Positions 19,301 to 28,315 of a stretch of 64,000 bases of DNA are shown in pieces. Made by a program: the position numbers and the translations under genes. Positions within the stretch are counted from its first letter, which is position 1; each line of letters begins with the position of its first letter. Location of the stretch: the IMG/VR virus record IMGVR_UViG_3300044611_000958, one strand, 5' to 3'. The stretch comes from an uncultured virus (IMG/VR IMGVR_UViG_3300044611_000958) (taxonomy: Duplodnaviria; Heunggongvirae; Uroviricota; Caudoviricetes). The notes under the pieces are model-generated. The model saw only the letters and a list, made by a program, of their open reading frames with translations, was not told where the DNA came from and did no database searches.

Positions 19301-22300
19301 GACACTGTAACTTATGACGCATACCAATACCCACTATCAATTCTCTTAACATATAACGATAATAATTCTAGAAAATTAAAGTTATATACTGACAAAGAGC
19401 TAGACGGATCTAATTTTGTAAAACTTAGAAGCGCCTCTCAGGCTTTTAATATCTATAATGCTAGTGGCAATATTACGTTTGGATATTCTCATGGTTCTGG
19501 TGTTGGCTATAACGGTTACATTTGTGGTATAGGTTTATCAAACGCAACAAGCGCATCTGGAACTAATCTAGTTGAAAACAACCCTATTAAAAAGTTTTTA
19601 CAGTCTGACGTTGCTTCTTTCTTTGATTCACATCGTGCTAATATAGTAAATGAAAATAATTTTAGCACTACTGATAACTTTGGCTTATGGAAGTTTATAA
19701 ACAATGACACAAGTAAGTGGAGCTTGGGCGAATTTAAGTATTGCCAATTCAGTCCAGATTTTAAGGTCATGTCTCACAGAGACGGTGAGAATTTTATTGT
19801 TCACAATTTTAAGACTAACGGAGAGACATATAACTCTCTAACCAATTTACCGTCTCCAACAAATATTAATTTGTCTGGCATTTCATATCATACTCAAATA
19901 GAAAACGACGCGCTAAGAATAAGCTTAACGGATGACGATGGTAGATTATATACTCCAGCCAGAAGAATATCAAAAACTTTTCCAAGAGGTTATAATTTTG
20001 AAAAAGATGCTATTTTCGTTGAAACCATTATGCAGCATGAAACAACTTCCAATATAGAGTGGCCAGATGGGAAGTTAGGACCGAGAGTAATTGTAAGCTT
20101 GTACACACCAACAAAAGAAGCTAAGTCATTTGATAGTAGCAATATTGGTTTAATAAATAGAAAAATTCATCACATCAATCCAGATGAATGTTGGTTCAAA
20201 TTAGAAAGCACGTTTGATATTAATGATTTAATGGATGATACGACAGAGCCTTGGTCTAATTTCAGAAAAGAAAATGTTGTATCAGAATTTAATCATAAGT
20301 ATTATTCTAATGATATAAATCAAATGTTTTTACAGTATGATGTTGTTTATCCATCTGGACACTTTGAGTCATACATCAAACTCCATTCTGTTAATGTTAG
20401 ACTGAAAGATGCGCTTTGTAAGCCACAGATGTTTAACGATATACTACACATATATAGTAGTGGCGATAGTATTGTGCAAAAAGCTTTACCGCTATCATTG
20501 CCAAGTGTTTTTGATTCATTAAATAATTCTGATGATCCTCTATCTTTATTCGCTAGTGGATATATAGTTCCAATTTCTTCTAGTGTAATGAGCATGTATA
20601 GCTCTGGAGTATTTTCTATAGAAGATACTTTAAATCTAAACACCAGAGCTTTTAGAAGCACCAGACCAATACAAAGTTTCGGAAGCTACTTTAACTCCAC
20701 CCCGTACGACGATTATCGTATACCATTAGTTGTAGTTGGAAGAAATAAATTTTCAGAAGATACAGTGTCTCTTTATGCGCAAGCAGATCCAATACCATCT
20801 ATTACAGATACGCTGGTATTATTTACTCAATTCCCTTACTACAAAGACAATATTTCTATTCCACTGTTTGTTAATGGAACAGAAGCTATACCAGAATATT
20901 TAGCTTCTAGCGGATCTGCTAATTTGACTGTAGTTGCGCCACCGATCCCAGACAGTTTCATTACTTCTAGTTCTATGAGTTTATATACTCATAATCCATC
21001 TGACATTGTTATTATTACAGACTATGTTGGCATAAATAATAGCGTTGGTCTATCTATTACTAATTTTTCTGACATACTCAACTTGCAAGAAGGTTTAGAA
21101 AGCTTCACTTGGAATTCAAATAATCCCGGTTTAGATATTCTGATTTCTGACAACGCTTATGCTTCTATTCCTCTTTCTGATAATATAAGAGGCGTTCAGA
21201 CTATATGCTATGGAAACTGTGAAAACAATGATGGATGTAAAGAGTTTGAACTATTTACACACGAAACATTATGGAATGAGCCAGACTGCATTGAGGGAGG
21301 TGTTGCTCGCGCAATTGGCACATATTCAAACCTAGAAGATGGATATCTAGGTAACTATTATGGTATTAGAAAATTTGCGGGTTTGATTCCAAATTCTCCA
21401 TATAATATTACAATTTCTGCTATCACTGGAAACTCAGGCATACTTGAAGGCCCAAGGGAAATCAATGAGTGGGAATACGGCACTAATGATGATGTTGATT
21501 ATTCAGGGATACAAATTTGTCAGACACCAAACTACAGACAGTCCGGTAACTTGTTTGGTAAAGATGTTGTAATAAAGAAAGATTTAATGGCTATCGGCGC
21601 TCCGGGGCAAGATTTGTACGAACATACAGGATTCCTGTGCGAAGATGCTGGAGCTATTTTTGTATACAAGAGAGATCCAGAACCAAGCGGTTACGATTGG
21701 AAGCAACAGGGCCACAAGTCTGGTTGGGAACTAGAGAATGTATTAACATTACCAAGCGGGTTTATTAGAGATTATAGCCTTAACACAAGAAGAACTCTGG
21801 GTGGATTTGACATACAGCAAAGAAATTGGTACGTTGGTCAGCAGGGTAGAGAGCTTGGCCACTCTTTAGATATGGCAAGAACTAATAGTAAAGATATTAT
21901 TGTCGCCGGTGGACCCGGAGCTATATTTAATAGAACATTCCCACAAGTTCAACTAGACCCAGTTAATGTTTGCTTAATGTGTTTTACAGACGAATTTAAT
22001 GCTTCTAATTCAACTGGCAGCTTGGTGACTATTTTAAATAGTATACAAAATAGTAATATATTATTTAAATATTTTGCAAATCCAGGCGTTTATTTTAATG
22101 TTAAGATTCTTATTTTAGAACCAGTAATTGGAACTTCATTGCCGCAAAGTCCTCCAGTTCCAAAAGAATTACAATCATATGTTTCTAAGTTTAGAATAAA
22201 TAGACACAGAAACTTCGACAGGTCATCGTCAGAATATCAAGATAAAAATAGATTAATTCTTAATGATATCAAAAATGCGTTTCATGAAGTTTTTCCCCAC

Positions 22301-25300
22301 GATCCCACAAAACCAAATAGCAACATACCGCCAATAGTTGGCGTTTCTGTTGATACCTCTATTTCTTTAGGATATAAACCAATACAAACTGCTCTTGATG
22401 ACTTTATTAGATATTATCAAGAATATTCTTTAGCTAGCGGTATAATAGATTTCAATGGAGATCCTAGGTCTGGATATATTTATTCTTATGGGTCTGATTC
22501 TGAAAACTGGATAAATCAGTCCACTCAGATTCTTGCTGAAGTTTTAGATACTGGAAGATTAATATCTTCAAATTCATATCTTTTATTTACTGGTAATCTT
22601 GGATCTTTTAATTCTCAATTATCCGAGTTTAACACCCTTCCACCAAGTGGAACTAGCGTCTACGTTTTTGAAAGATCTAGCGGTCAAAATTGGGAAGTTG
22701 TTCAAGAAATTAAGTCGCCAGACCTATTGACTAAACTTAATGTGCCAGTAGATAGATTTGGCCACGACGTAGCAATTAGCGATGATGGTCAAATCATAGT
22801 TGTTGGATCTCCATACATTAAGCAGGGCGTCAGAATTTACGAACGAAGAAGAGATGTTGATATAAACAACTCGCTCGACGCAGCATTTTACAGATGGATG
22901 AATGCAGAAAAAGCAAACGTTGGTGGACATGCCTTTAATTTATGGAATAAATACACCACGCAGAATATTTCCTTAAGAAATTTATACCAAGAACTAAATA
23001 GCAGTGGAAGATTTGATTTAAGACAAAAATACGATATTCCATATTATAACTTAATTGAAGAATATACCACTGACGATATAATGTCGCACGAATCGTTTAG
23101 TTGGGATTTCTTTTACAAAGAATTCTTACCAAATTCTAGATTAGGTTATAGCGTAGACACTAATGAAGACGGGTCTTTAATTGTTGCTGGGGCGCCAACA
23201 GATAGCTTGGGGGCTAACGATTCAGCAAACATTTGGTGGTTGCCTAGTCAGCCAAACAGAAAAGAAAATTGGAGAAGCTATGTAAATGCTGGCGCCGTTA
23301 GAGTGCTAGAAAGTAGAAATTATTATCCACACAATAAAATTGCGGAATACGGTATTTTTGGCAACAAGCATAGATCAATAAGTCATCCAAGCGATGAACT
23401 TTTCTATTATATGTTTGATGACGCCTTTGATAATGAATTTGTAAGAACACCTTTTGCTGAAACAGAGATTCCTCAAGATGCAGGAACACTGTTTATTATA
23501 ACTCCAGAAATAAACGCTTTAAGTGACGAGGTAGTTAACAATATTAAGGAGTGGTTAGCTCTTGGTGATAGAAATCTAGTACTTGTTGGCGATGACCCAT
23601 CGTGGGAAAGTAGTGGTATATATAGACAGTCTAATATTATTATTAATAACTTATTGTCAAAATTAGACTCTAGAATGAGACTACATAGTGCTAGATCTAA
23701 AGAAGAATCTTTACACTTTTTTGATGGAGTTGTTGGAAATGTTGTTGCCTCTTTTGTTCCTAAAGAAACCATTGGTACATATATATCAAATAGCCCTCTT
23801 AATGGATCTGGGGTTGCTGACATAAGATTATATTATCCAGATATAGATACAAAAAATATACAAAAATATAACTGTTTATCTCAAATCATAGAAGAAGAAA
23901 TTGATTTCGATGGACCCGTTCTAGATTGGATGATTACAGACGTAGTAAAGAGAGGCTATGCAAAATATAATAATATATGCAATATGCCATTAACTCATAA
24001 CGGGGATTTAAGAGCGCAATGGTTTGACGAAAGAGGTCCATCTATTAATGGGCCAGATTTTAAGCCATTTCCAGATGCTGTTAATTTAGCAAAATACTTT
24101 TTAAGCTCTAGTTGGGGTTTACAAATTTGGCAATACGAAAGAGAGGGTGGCAGTCCAACAATCTTGCCACCAACATATCAATATGAACCTAGACCAATTA
24201 TGGCCGCTGGAAGAAGAAATCCAGACAAAGTAGTTAATATACCAAGCGTACCCGCAACAACCGGAATAAGTACTAGAACTATTTTGGAAAGAATAGGATC
24301 TGAATATTTAGATGCGTCATATAAAAAGTTTGGCAACGATCCTAGCCCCGAAGTTGCAATGCTTTGGTCAAGCCATAGTGGTAATTATATTGATTTAAAT
24401 ATTAATTTTTCAAGAAGCGTTAATGATAGTAGATTCTTTGACCCATCAGAATATAATGGAAAAGATGCCGTTCTAATGGCAAAAGCCGAAACTTTTGAAA
24501 AAACTGTATATTCTCCCAAGCTGTTTCTTGATAAATATTATTATGCAGCAAAAGAATTACTCGCAAACAATTCTGAAGTTACTTTAATAGCTGGCCAGTT
24601 TACAGAAAGTTATGCTAACCTTTTTGCTGGTAGTGATAGTAACTTAAATTTTTATGGAAATATTGTAGCATTTAATAAAGACGGTGGAGCAAGAATAGCG
24701 CAAATAGGAGGCTTTACTAAGCAAGAGAGCTTTATTAGTATTTATGATAAGTCTGCATTTATTGCAAATATGGAAATTTTTGGAAATACCGTAACAGAAA
24801 ATGTAACACCGGAACAGCTTAAACAGTCAGCAGACACATATAACGTTGCATGGATAGGTAATCCCAAAACGTTCGCATCGGATGAAGATATATCTAACTT
24901 GCAACAGTGGCTTAATAGAGGTAATAAAAAAATAGTTATTACTTATGGTGGGGATGATAGAGTAGATGTGTTTGACGAAGAAAAGTCGCCCGATCTATCT
25001 ACATTTATTCAACACGCAAACGTTGCGACTGACCTGTGTAAAAAATTAAACTTAAGTATGAAGCCAGCGTTTTTAGTTGGGAAAAATACTTATGCTTCTA
25101 GAAGATATTGGACTTCTGTGTCTGATTTTCTAGCTTTTGATTGGCTTGATATCGCGGACTATGCTCCTATAAAATTAGGATTTAACAATCCTCAAACTTA
25201 TATACAGCAATTTACATCTTTTTCTAACAAACAATATCTTGAAATAATACCAATAGATATACAGAGCGGCATACCTCTAGCCTATTATGGTCCAAAAGTC

Positions 25301-28300
25301 TATGATGACGCATATTCTGATATAGGCTTACCAAGACTAAAAACCGGCATCACAAAGGTTACTTTCCCAGCGCAGCAAGGTTCTGGATATAGACTGTTTT
25401 TTGATTTCGTGTCTGAACATCCCAACGAAAAGAAACCACTGAGATGCTATATCAACAACGTGTCTCAAAATGTTAGAGAGCAAGTATACGTACCATCACG
25501 AACCTCCCTGAGAGACTATGATAAAAATGACAACATTAATTATTTATTAACTGTTGCGCACGGGGCTGAAGTTTATTCAGAAGTTAATAATTTTGATGGT
25601 CAAATCAGAACCAAATTCGTTGACTGTTTTGTTCCTAGCGGGTATGGGAATGAAATATCTATCTTTATAGATGGTAGTGATATCAGCGAAACAAACTCAA
25701 CTATAAATCCAGACACCGTAAGAACTCACAGACTTGTTTCAATTTCTGGATGCTTATTGCCTATTCTTAATGTTCCATTTACTACTGAAAAGCCAATTTA
25801 CGAACCTAAAGTTGTAACTACAACTATTGTAACACCAGCAAGGCCAGCTTTTTCCTATGTAATATCTGGCGTTTATGGATCTATATCTAATAGTAGTAAT
25901 AAATACTGCCCGTGCGACTTTCCAAACGATCCACCAATAGAAGACGGTCCAGTTGTTGTTGCTCAAGAAATTTATCATCAAGGTGGATTTAATGCCGGTG
26001 TCAACAAGTCAAGAATTACTCTAATTGCAGACGCAAGCATTATTCAAGGAAAGTTTGCCTTTTATAACAGTCAAGCAACTAGCAGAACTAGAAGTTTCTT
26101 AAATAGCTTATACCCCCGCGTTAATTTTCCGTCCAACCACTTTGGTAGGCAGTATGAAAATAAATATAAGATAGTATCTCCAGAAAGATCTAGTCCGCAC
26201 AAATTAGTGAATTACACAAACAATTCTGGACTACTAGTTAAATTTAAAGGAAATATTAATTCTTACTTTAATAAAAATTTAAACACTTATTCAGATAATG
26301 ATCATACATTAAATCCAAGTTTTTATCCTCAAATGCTCGGTCCAGAAAGAGGCATCCCTGTGGCATTCACAATGCCAAGACTTGTGGGCGATGATACGTC
26401 GATACAAGAGGCAAGAAGAAACGAAGTTGAAAGATTCGAATATAATCAAGTTCTAAATAATGCATATTGCAAATTTAGCGGTATAATTAATGGAAAAATG
26501 TATCAAGATTCATCTATTTACGGAGAGGTTCCAGAGTTGATGAAGGACACTGGACATGACTATATAGACTTACCAATGTTGATAAGTTACTCTGGATACC
26601 CCGGAGATTTATTCGGATATTCTGTTAAGGTTAAGGACGGCAAAATATATGTTGGATGCCCATTCGCCCCGTTCGCAAGTGAACAAATTACAGATTGGGA
26701 CAAGGTTATAACAAATACTCCAACGGGATATCCCGCTTCTGGAATCGCCGTTGATTATAATGGTGGCGCTGGGGCAGTATTTGTATTTAATAAATCTGCA
26801 ACTTTTAATCAAGACTACTATATTGATAATCCTTGGGGATGCACAAGAAAAATTAGACCAAGTACTATTAACGGTAGCGATATGTTTGGATTTAATTTTG
26901 ATATAGATGGGGATGTATTGACCATCGGCGCTCCGGGGCATGATTTTGATACCATTTTTAGTAAGAATATAAACTCTGGTGAATTTGTTACAAAAGAATT
27001 TAACGAACAGTTTGACATTGCTAAAAACAGCATTATAGACCTCGGGTCTAATACTAATAGAAATATTTACGGAAGTGGCATAATTACTAAAAATAATGGC
27101 GCTGTATATGCTTATGAAAACAAAATTTCTGATTGGTCATCAAAGAAAATGTCTTGGACCGTCACTCAGAAATTACTCCCACAAGGATTTAATGCTAGAG
27201 AAAATAATAACTTTTTTGGAATGTCAGTATCTTTAGACAGGGCGAGAAGAAATGATGGAGACTATACATTAATTGTTGGCTCTCCATATAACACTTCTGG
27301 GATTAATAATACATATACCGCACTGAAAGAGGCGGGTTCTATATATACATATGATTCTATGTTAAGGCGACCAAAGCCCTCAGTCGCTCACCCAGAAACA
27401 TATATCGCTGGCAGCTTAATTGGCAAGTCTGGATACTTGCAGTCATCTGCGACTATTAATATTCAAAAGTCTCCTAGCACTCCATTTAATTCGGCCACCG
27501 GGTTTGGAAATTTTTATCCATTTAACCCAATTCAATGGTCTGGATCTGTTACTCAAACTGGTACACATGTCTTGTTTACAAGTCTTGTTAATGGAACACT
27601 TGATTTCAACATAATTCTATCTGGTGCTTGTGGTGATTATGGTTGTGACAGTTTTGAAATTACAAAAAATGGTACAGTTGTATGGACTCCAGACCACGGA
27701 GGCTTGGGAGAAAATATTAATCTTTCTAATACGATTCCAGTTTCTTCTGGAGACATTTTCAGGATTAATATCGTCAATGAATATGGAGCTAATTTTAAAG
27801 GATTTTCAGCTAATATAGAGCCAATTGATAATGGAGAAGATGTAACAGTAAAAGTTCCCTTCTATTTTGCCAACAATAATGAATATAATAAGAGATATAT
27901 ACAGTATGGTAGATTATTTTCTAATGAAAATGGGGAAATTTTTATAGAAGTTTCTGGTCAAGATAAGATAAATAGAGGCTTTATTACACACCGCCCATAC
28001 ATAGAGTATATTAGGGGGTCATATGATTTTGGCAAGAGATTGACAGACTCTCAGCCACTATTTATTGAGGGCAAAATGCTTGAAACTAGCGGAAGTATGA
28101 ATTTGTATACCAAGTATTTTGACTCTCTAAACGTGTATAATAATATGACATTATACGTTGATAGCATATTGGGCGAAAGCTCAGGAAATATATTACTATA
28201 TAATAGTGGAATTATGCCAGAAAATATTACATTTAATACCCTAATGTTATCAACAGAGGCTGAGAATCCTCTTGGTTTTGATTATCTTAATCTTAATACT

Positions 28301-28315
28301 AGAGGTATGTACTAA
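16328..28315 (+). CDS. giant virion/tail-tip adhesin (3995 aa) with LamG domain, seven FG-GAP repeats and inserted alpha/beta domains
   Basis: LamG/ConA-like segment at about 19050-19545. FG-GAP repeats start near 21545, 21845, 22751, 23135, 26603, 26876 and 27209. Follows the TMP directly. Confidence 0.75.
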   Translation: MRCLLDVSQSSSKSLGKIRAFPGADLSPKVRLNSGSGKINAFLSVTTSLGNARYSSSLIPVFTQFFGSLFGNSAPYITANKNDGRIKAESNIRILNTTKYQLASGHPFQQASTEQEVLFLKNNPNTRSIKTANFEFTSLCVRSRVSGSVKVSANLGVENLNLKSRISSESSFKISDKTEKLSGHLKTNIFPTQKLYPIADVSTSGLINHKLEYDNLYQSIDGGIIVGDYLKPYGNTVLISDDDKSYVQLYSTSGRNSFHVAFEVTPPTITPQYSLLSLRAAAPKNTRETDVTPTYNIRNIRFEDPSGNIIVTYKDLKIIGDADYRQVDVKNYTTYITESEFNFANRNTWYKEYPVLGKASGYILKMDIDATCESKPFNSAFNFSYENKCKTDNVQNSTNDYLSIDGAPLSTQYQDFEINPDNSLRISAFEILCSGTKYGYLKDSYLNFYVEVPPTGNRLQRTIYPVEVLDSNNTEQANPLIESIWKASPDLDGNTSFNTSQSGSKVLTNRLTDYNKFGYITLQSPSQSGKLNLRFAHEPPIFFLSNRGGSFNFGRRKSSFSKSELAFVRGYDTIFNIDEIYLKVIARKENANVPDYPLDIMGWSKDYVLNNTPKVGAFLQNADTNISQLPISSGFMSTDELGISSESISDKDQYKQYYTLNDGGDHILISSGLLVNSTDFKEYIVPLKIYNTFDGLGIPTDYAHSTFFENLFIDIYPLPSGASIARAELIVKYGPCNAIPLSITGFEEEDLFLREFVLFPNSNTTGHRPLNIYRSNERLSKLDNIPHGFNSPYNLKTNYSRRWRGSDGAFKRGPFDSTEFDYSYEQLQQDYPFTMGYYDFNNRHNNAIISNIDEYSGVFIGSAHNSIYKNLGWRLNTNSIYQNRNIRSIDWTNENHQLYGKISDSFDSAIRVSGINGYFQVNPFDITGGFSAHVRISPDVTISGANYNLFNSGVIISKWNAGSALEFTLGYSGGYLIARASDQNQNLITIADTVTYDAYQYPLSILLTYNDNNSRKLKLYTDKELDGSNFVKLRSASQAFNIYNASGNITFGYSHGSGVGYNGYICGIGLSNATSASGTNLVENNPIKKFLQSDVASFFDSHRANIVNENNFSTTDNFGLWKFINNDTSKWSLGEFKYCQFSPDFKVMSHRDGENFIVHNFKTNGETYNSLTNLPSPTNINLSGISYHTQIENDALRISLTDDDGRLYTPARRISKTFPRGYNFEKDAIFVETIMQHETTSNIEWPDGKLGPRVIVSLYTPTKEAKSFDSSNIGLINRKIHHINPDECWFKLESTFDINDLMDDTTEPWSNFRKENVVSEFNHKYYSNDINQMFLQYDVVYPSGHFESYIKLHSVNVRLKDALCKPQMFNDILHIYSSGDSIVQKALPLSLPSVFDSLNNSDDPLSLFASGYIVPISSSVMSMYSSGVFSIEDTLNLNTRAFRSTRPIQSFGSYFNSTPYDDYRIPLVVVGRNKFSEDTVSLYAQADPIPSITDTLVLFTQFPYYKDNISIPLFVNGTEAIPEYLASSGSANLTVVAPPIPDSFITSSSMSLYTHNPSDIVIITDYVGINNSVGLSITNFSDILNLQEGLESFTWNSNNPGLDILISDNAYASIPLSDNIRGVQTICYGNCENNDGCKEFELFTHETLWNEPDCIEGGVARAIGTYSNLEDGYLGNYYGIRKFAGLIPNSPYNITISAITGNSGILEGPREINEWEYGTNDDVDYSGIQICQTPNYRQSGNLFGKDVVIKKDLMAIGAPGQDLYEHTGFLCEDAGAIFVYKRDPEPSGYDWKQQGHKSGWELENVLTLPSGFIRDYSLNTRRTLGGFDIQQRNWYVGQQGRELGHSLDMARTNSKDIIVAGGPGAIFNRTFPQVQLDPVNVCLMCFTDEFNASNSTGSLVTILNSIQNSNILFKYFANPGVYFNVKILILEPVIGTSLPQSPPVPKELQSYVSKFRINRHRNFDRSSSEYQDKNRLILNDIKNAFHEVFPHDPTKPNSNIPPIVGVSVDTSISLGYKPIQTALDDFIRYYQEYSLASGIIDFNGDPRSGYIYSYGSDSENWINQSTQILAEVLDTGRLISSNSYLLFTGNLGSFNSQLSEFNTLPPSGTSVYVFERSSGQNWEVVQEIKSPDLLTKLNVPVDRFGHDVAISDDGQIIVVGSPYIKQGVRIYERRRDVDINNSLDAAFYRWMNAEKANVGGHAFNLWNKYTTQNISLRNLYQELNSSGRFDLRQKYDIPYYNLIEEYTTDDIMSHESFSWDFFYKEFLPNSRLGYSVDTNEDGSLIVAGAPTDSLGANDSANIWWLPSQPNRKENWRSYVNAGAVRVLESRNYYPHNKIAEYGIFGNKHRSISHPSDELFYYMFDDAFDNEFVRTPFAETEIPQDAGTLFIITPEINALSDEVVNNIKEWLALGDRNLVLVGDDPSWESSGIYRQSNIIINNLLSKLDSRMRLHSARSKEESLHFFDGVVGNVVASFVPKETIGTYISNSPLNGSGVADIRLYYPDIDTKNIQKYNCLSQIIEEEIDFDGPVLDWMITDVVKRGYAKYNNICNMPLTHNGDLRAQWFDERGPSINGPDFKPFPDAVNLAKYFLSSSWGLQIWQYEREGGSPTILPPTYQYEPRPIMAAGRRNPDKVVNIPSVPATTGISTRTILERIGSEYLDASYKKFGNDPSPEVAMLWSSHSGNYIDLNINFSRSVNDSRFFDPSEYNGKDAVLMAKAETFEKTVYSPKLFLDKYYYAAKELLANNSEVTLIAGQFTESYANLFAGSDSNLNFYGNIVAFNKDGGARIAQIGGFTKQESFISIYDKSAFIANMEIFGNTVTENVTPEQLKQSADTYNVAWIGNPKTFASDEDISNLQQWLNRGNKKIVITYGGDDRVDVFDEEKSPDLSTFIQHANVATDLCKKLNLSMKPAFLVGKNTYASRRYWTSVSDFLAFDWLDIADYAPIKLGFNNPQTYIQQFTSFSNKQYLEIIPIDIQSGIPLAYYGPKVYDDAYSDIGLPRLKTGITKVTFPAQQGSGYRLFFDFVSEHPNEKKPLRCYINNVSQNVREQVYVPSRTSLRDYDKNDNINYLLTVAHGAEVYSEVNNFDGQIRTKFVDCFVPSGYGNEISIFIDGSDISETNSTINPDTVRTHRLVSISGCLLPILNVPFTTEKPIYEPKVVTTTIVTPARPAFSYVISGVYGSISNSSNKYCPCDFPNDPPIEDGPVVVAQEIYHQGGFNAGVNKSRITLIADASIIQGKFAFYNSQATSRTRSFLNSLYPRVNFPSNHFGRQYENKYKIVSPERSSPHKLVNYTNNSGLLVKFKGNINSYFNKNLNTYSDNDHTLNPSFYPQMLGPERGIPVAFTMPRLVGDDTSIQEARRNEVERFEYNQVLNNAYCKFSGIINGKMYQDSSIYGEVPELMKDTGHDYIDLPMLISYSGYPGDLFGYSVKVKDGKIYVGCPFAPFASEQITDWDKVITNTPTGYPASGIAVDYNGGAGAVFVFNKSATFNQDYYIDNPWGCTRKIRPSTINGSDMFGFNFDIDGDVLTIGAPGHDFDTIFSKNINSGEFVTKEFNEQFDIAKNSIIDLGSNTNRNIYGSGIITKNNGAVYAYENKISDWSSKKMSWTVTQKLLPQGFNARENNNFFGMSVSLDRARRNDGDYTLIVGSPYNTSGINNTYTALKEAGSIYTYDSMLRRPKPSVAHPETYIAGSLIGKSGYLQSSATINIQKSPSTPFNSATGFGNFYPFNPIQWSGSVTQTGTHVLFTSLVNGTLDFNIILSGACGDYGCDSFEITKNGTVVWTPDHGGLGENINLSNTIPVSSGDIFRINIVNEYGANFKGFSANIEPIDNGEDVTVKVPFYFANNNEYNKRYIQYGRLFSNENGEIFIEVSGQDKINRGFITHRPYIEYIRGSYDFGKRLTDSQPLFIEGKMLETSGSMNLYTKYFDSLNVYNNMTLYVDSILGESSGNILLYNSGIMPENITFNTLMLSTEAENPLGFDYLNLNTRGMY
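28133..28142 (+). promoter_or_regulatory. putative late promoter motif GTGTATAATA (inside the 3' end of the giant gene)
   Basis: Identical to the motif upstream of the HNH gene; about 170 nt upstream of the 28315 gene. Confidence 0.35.
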
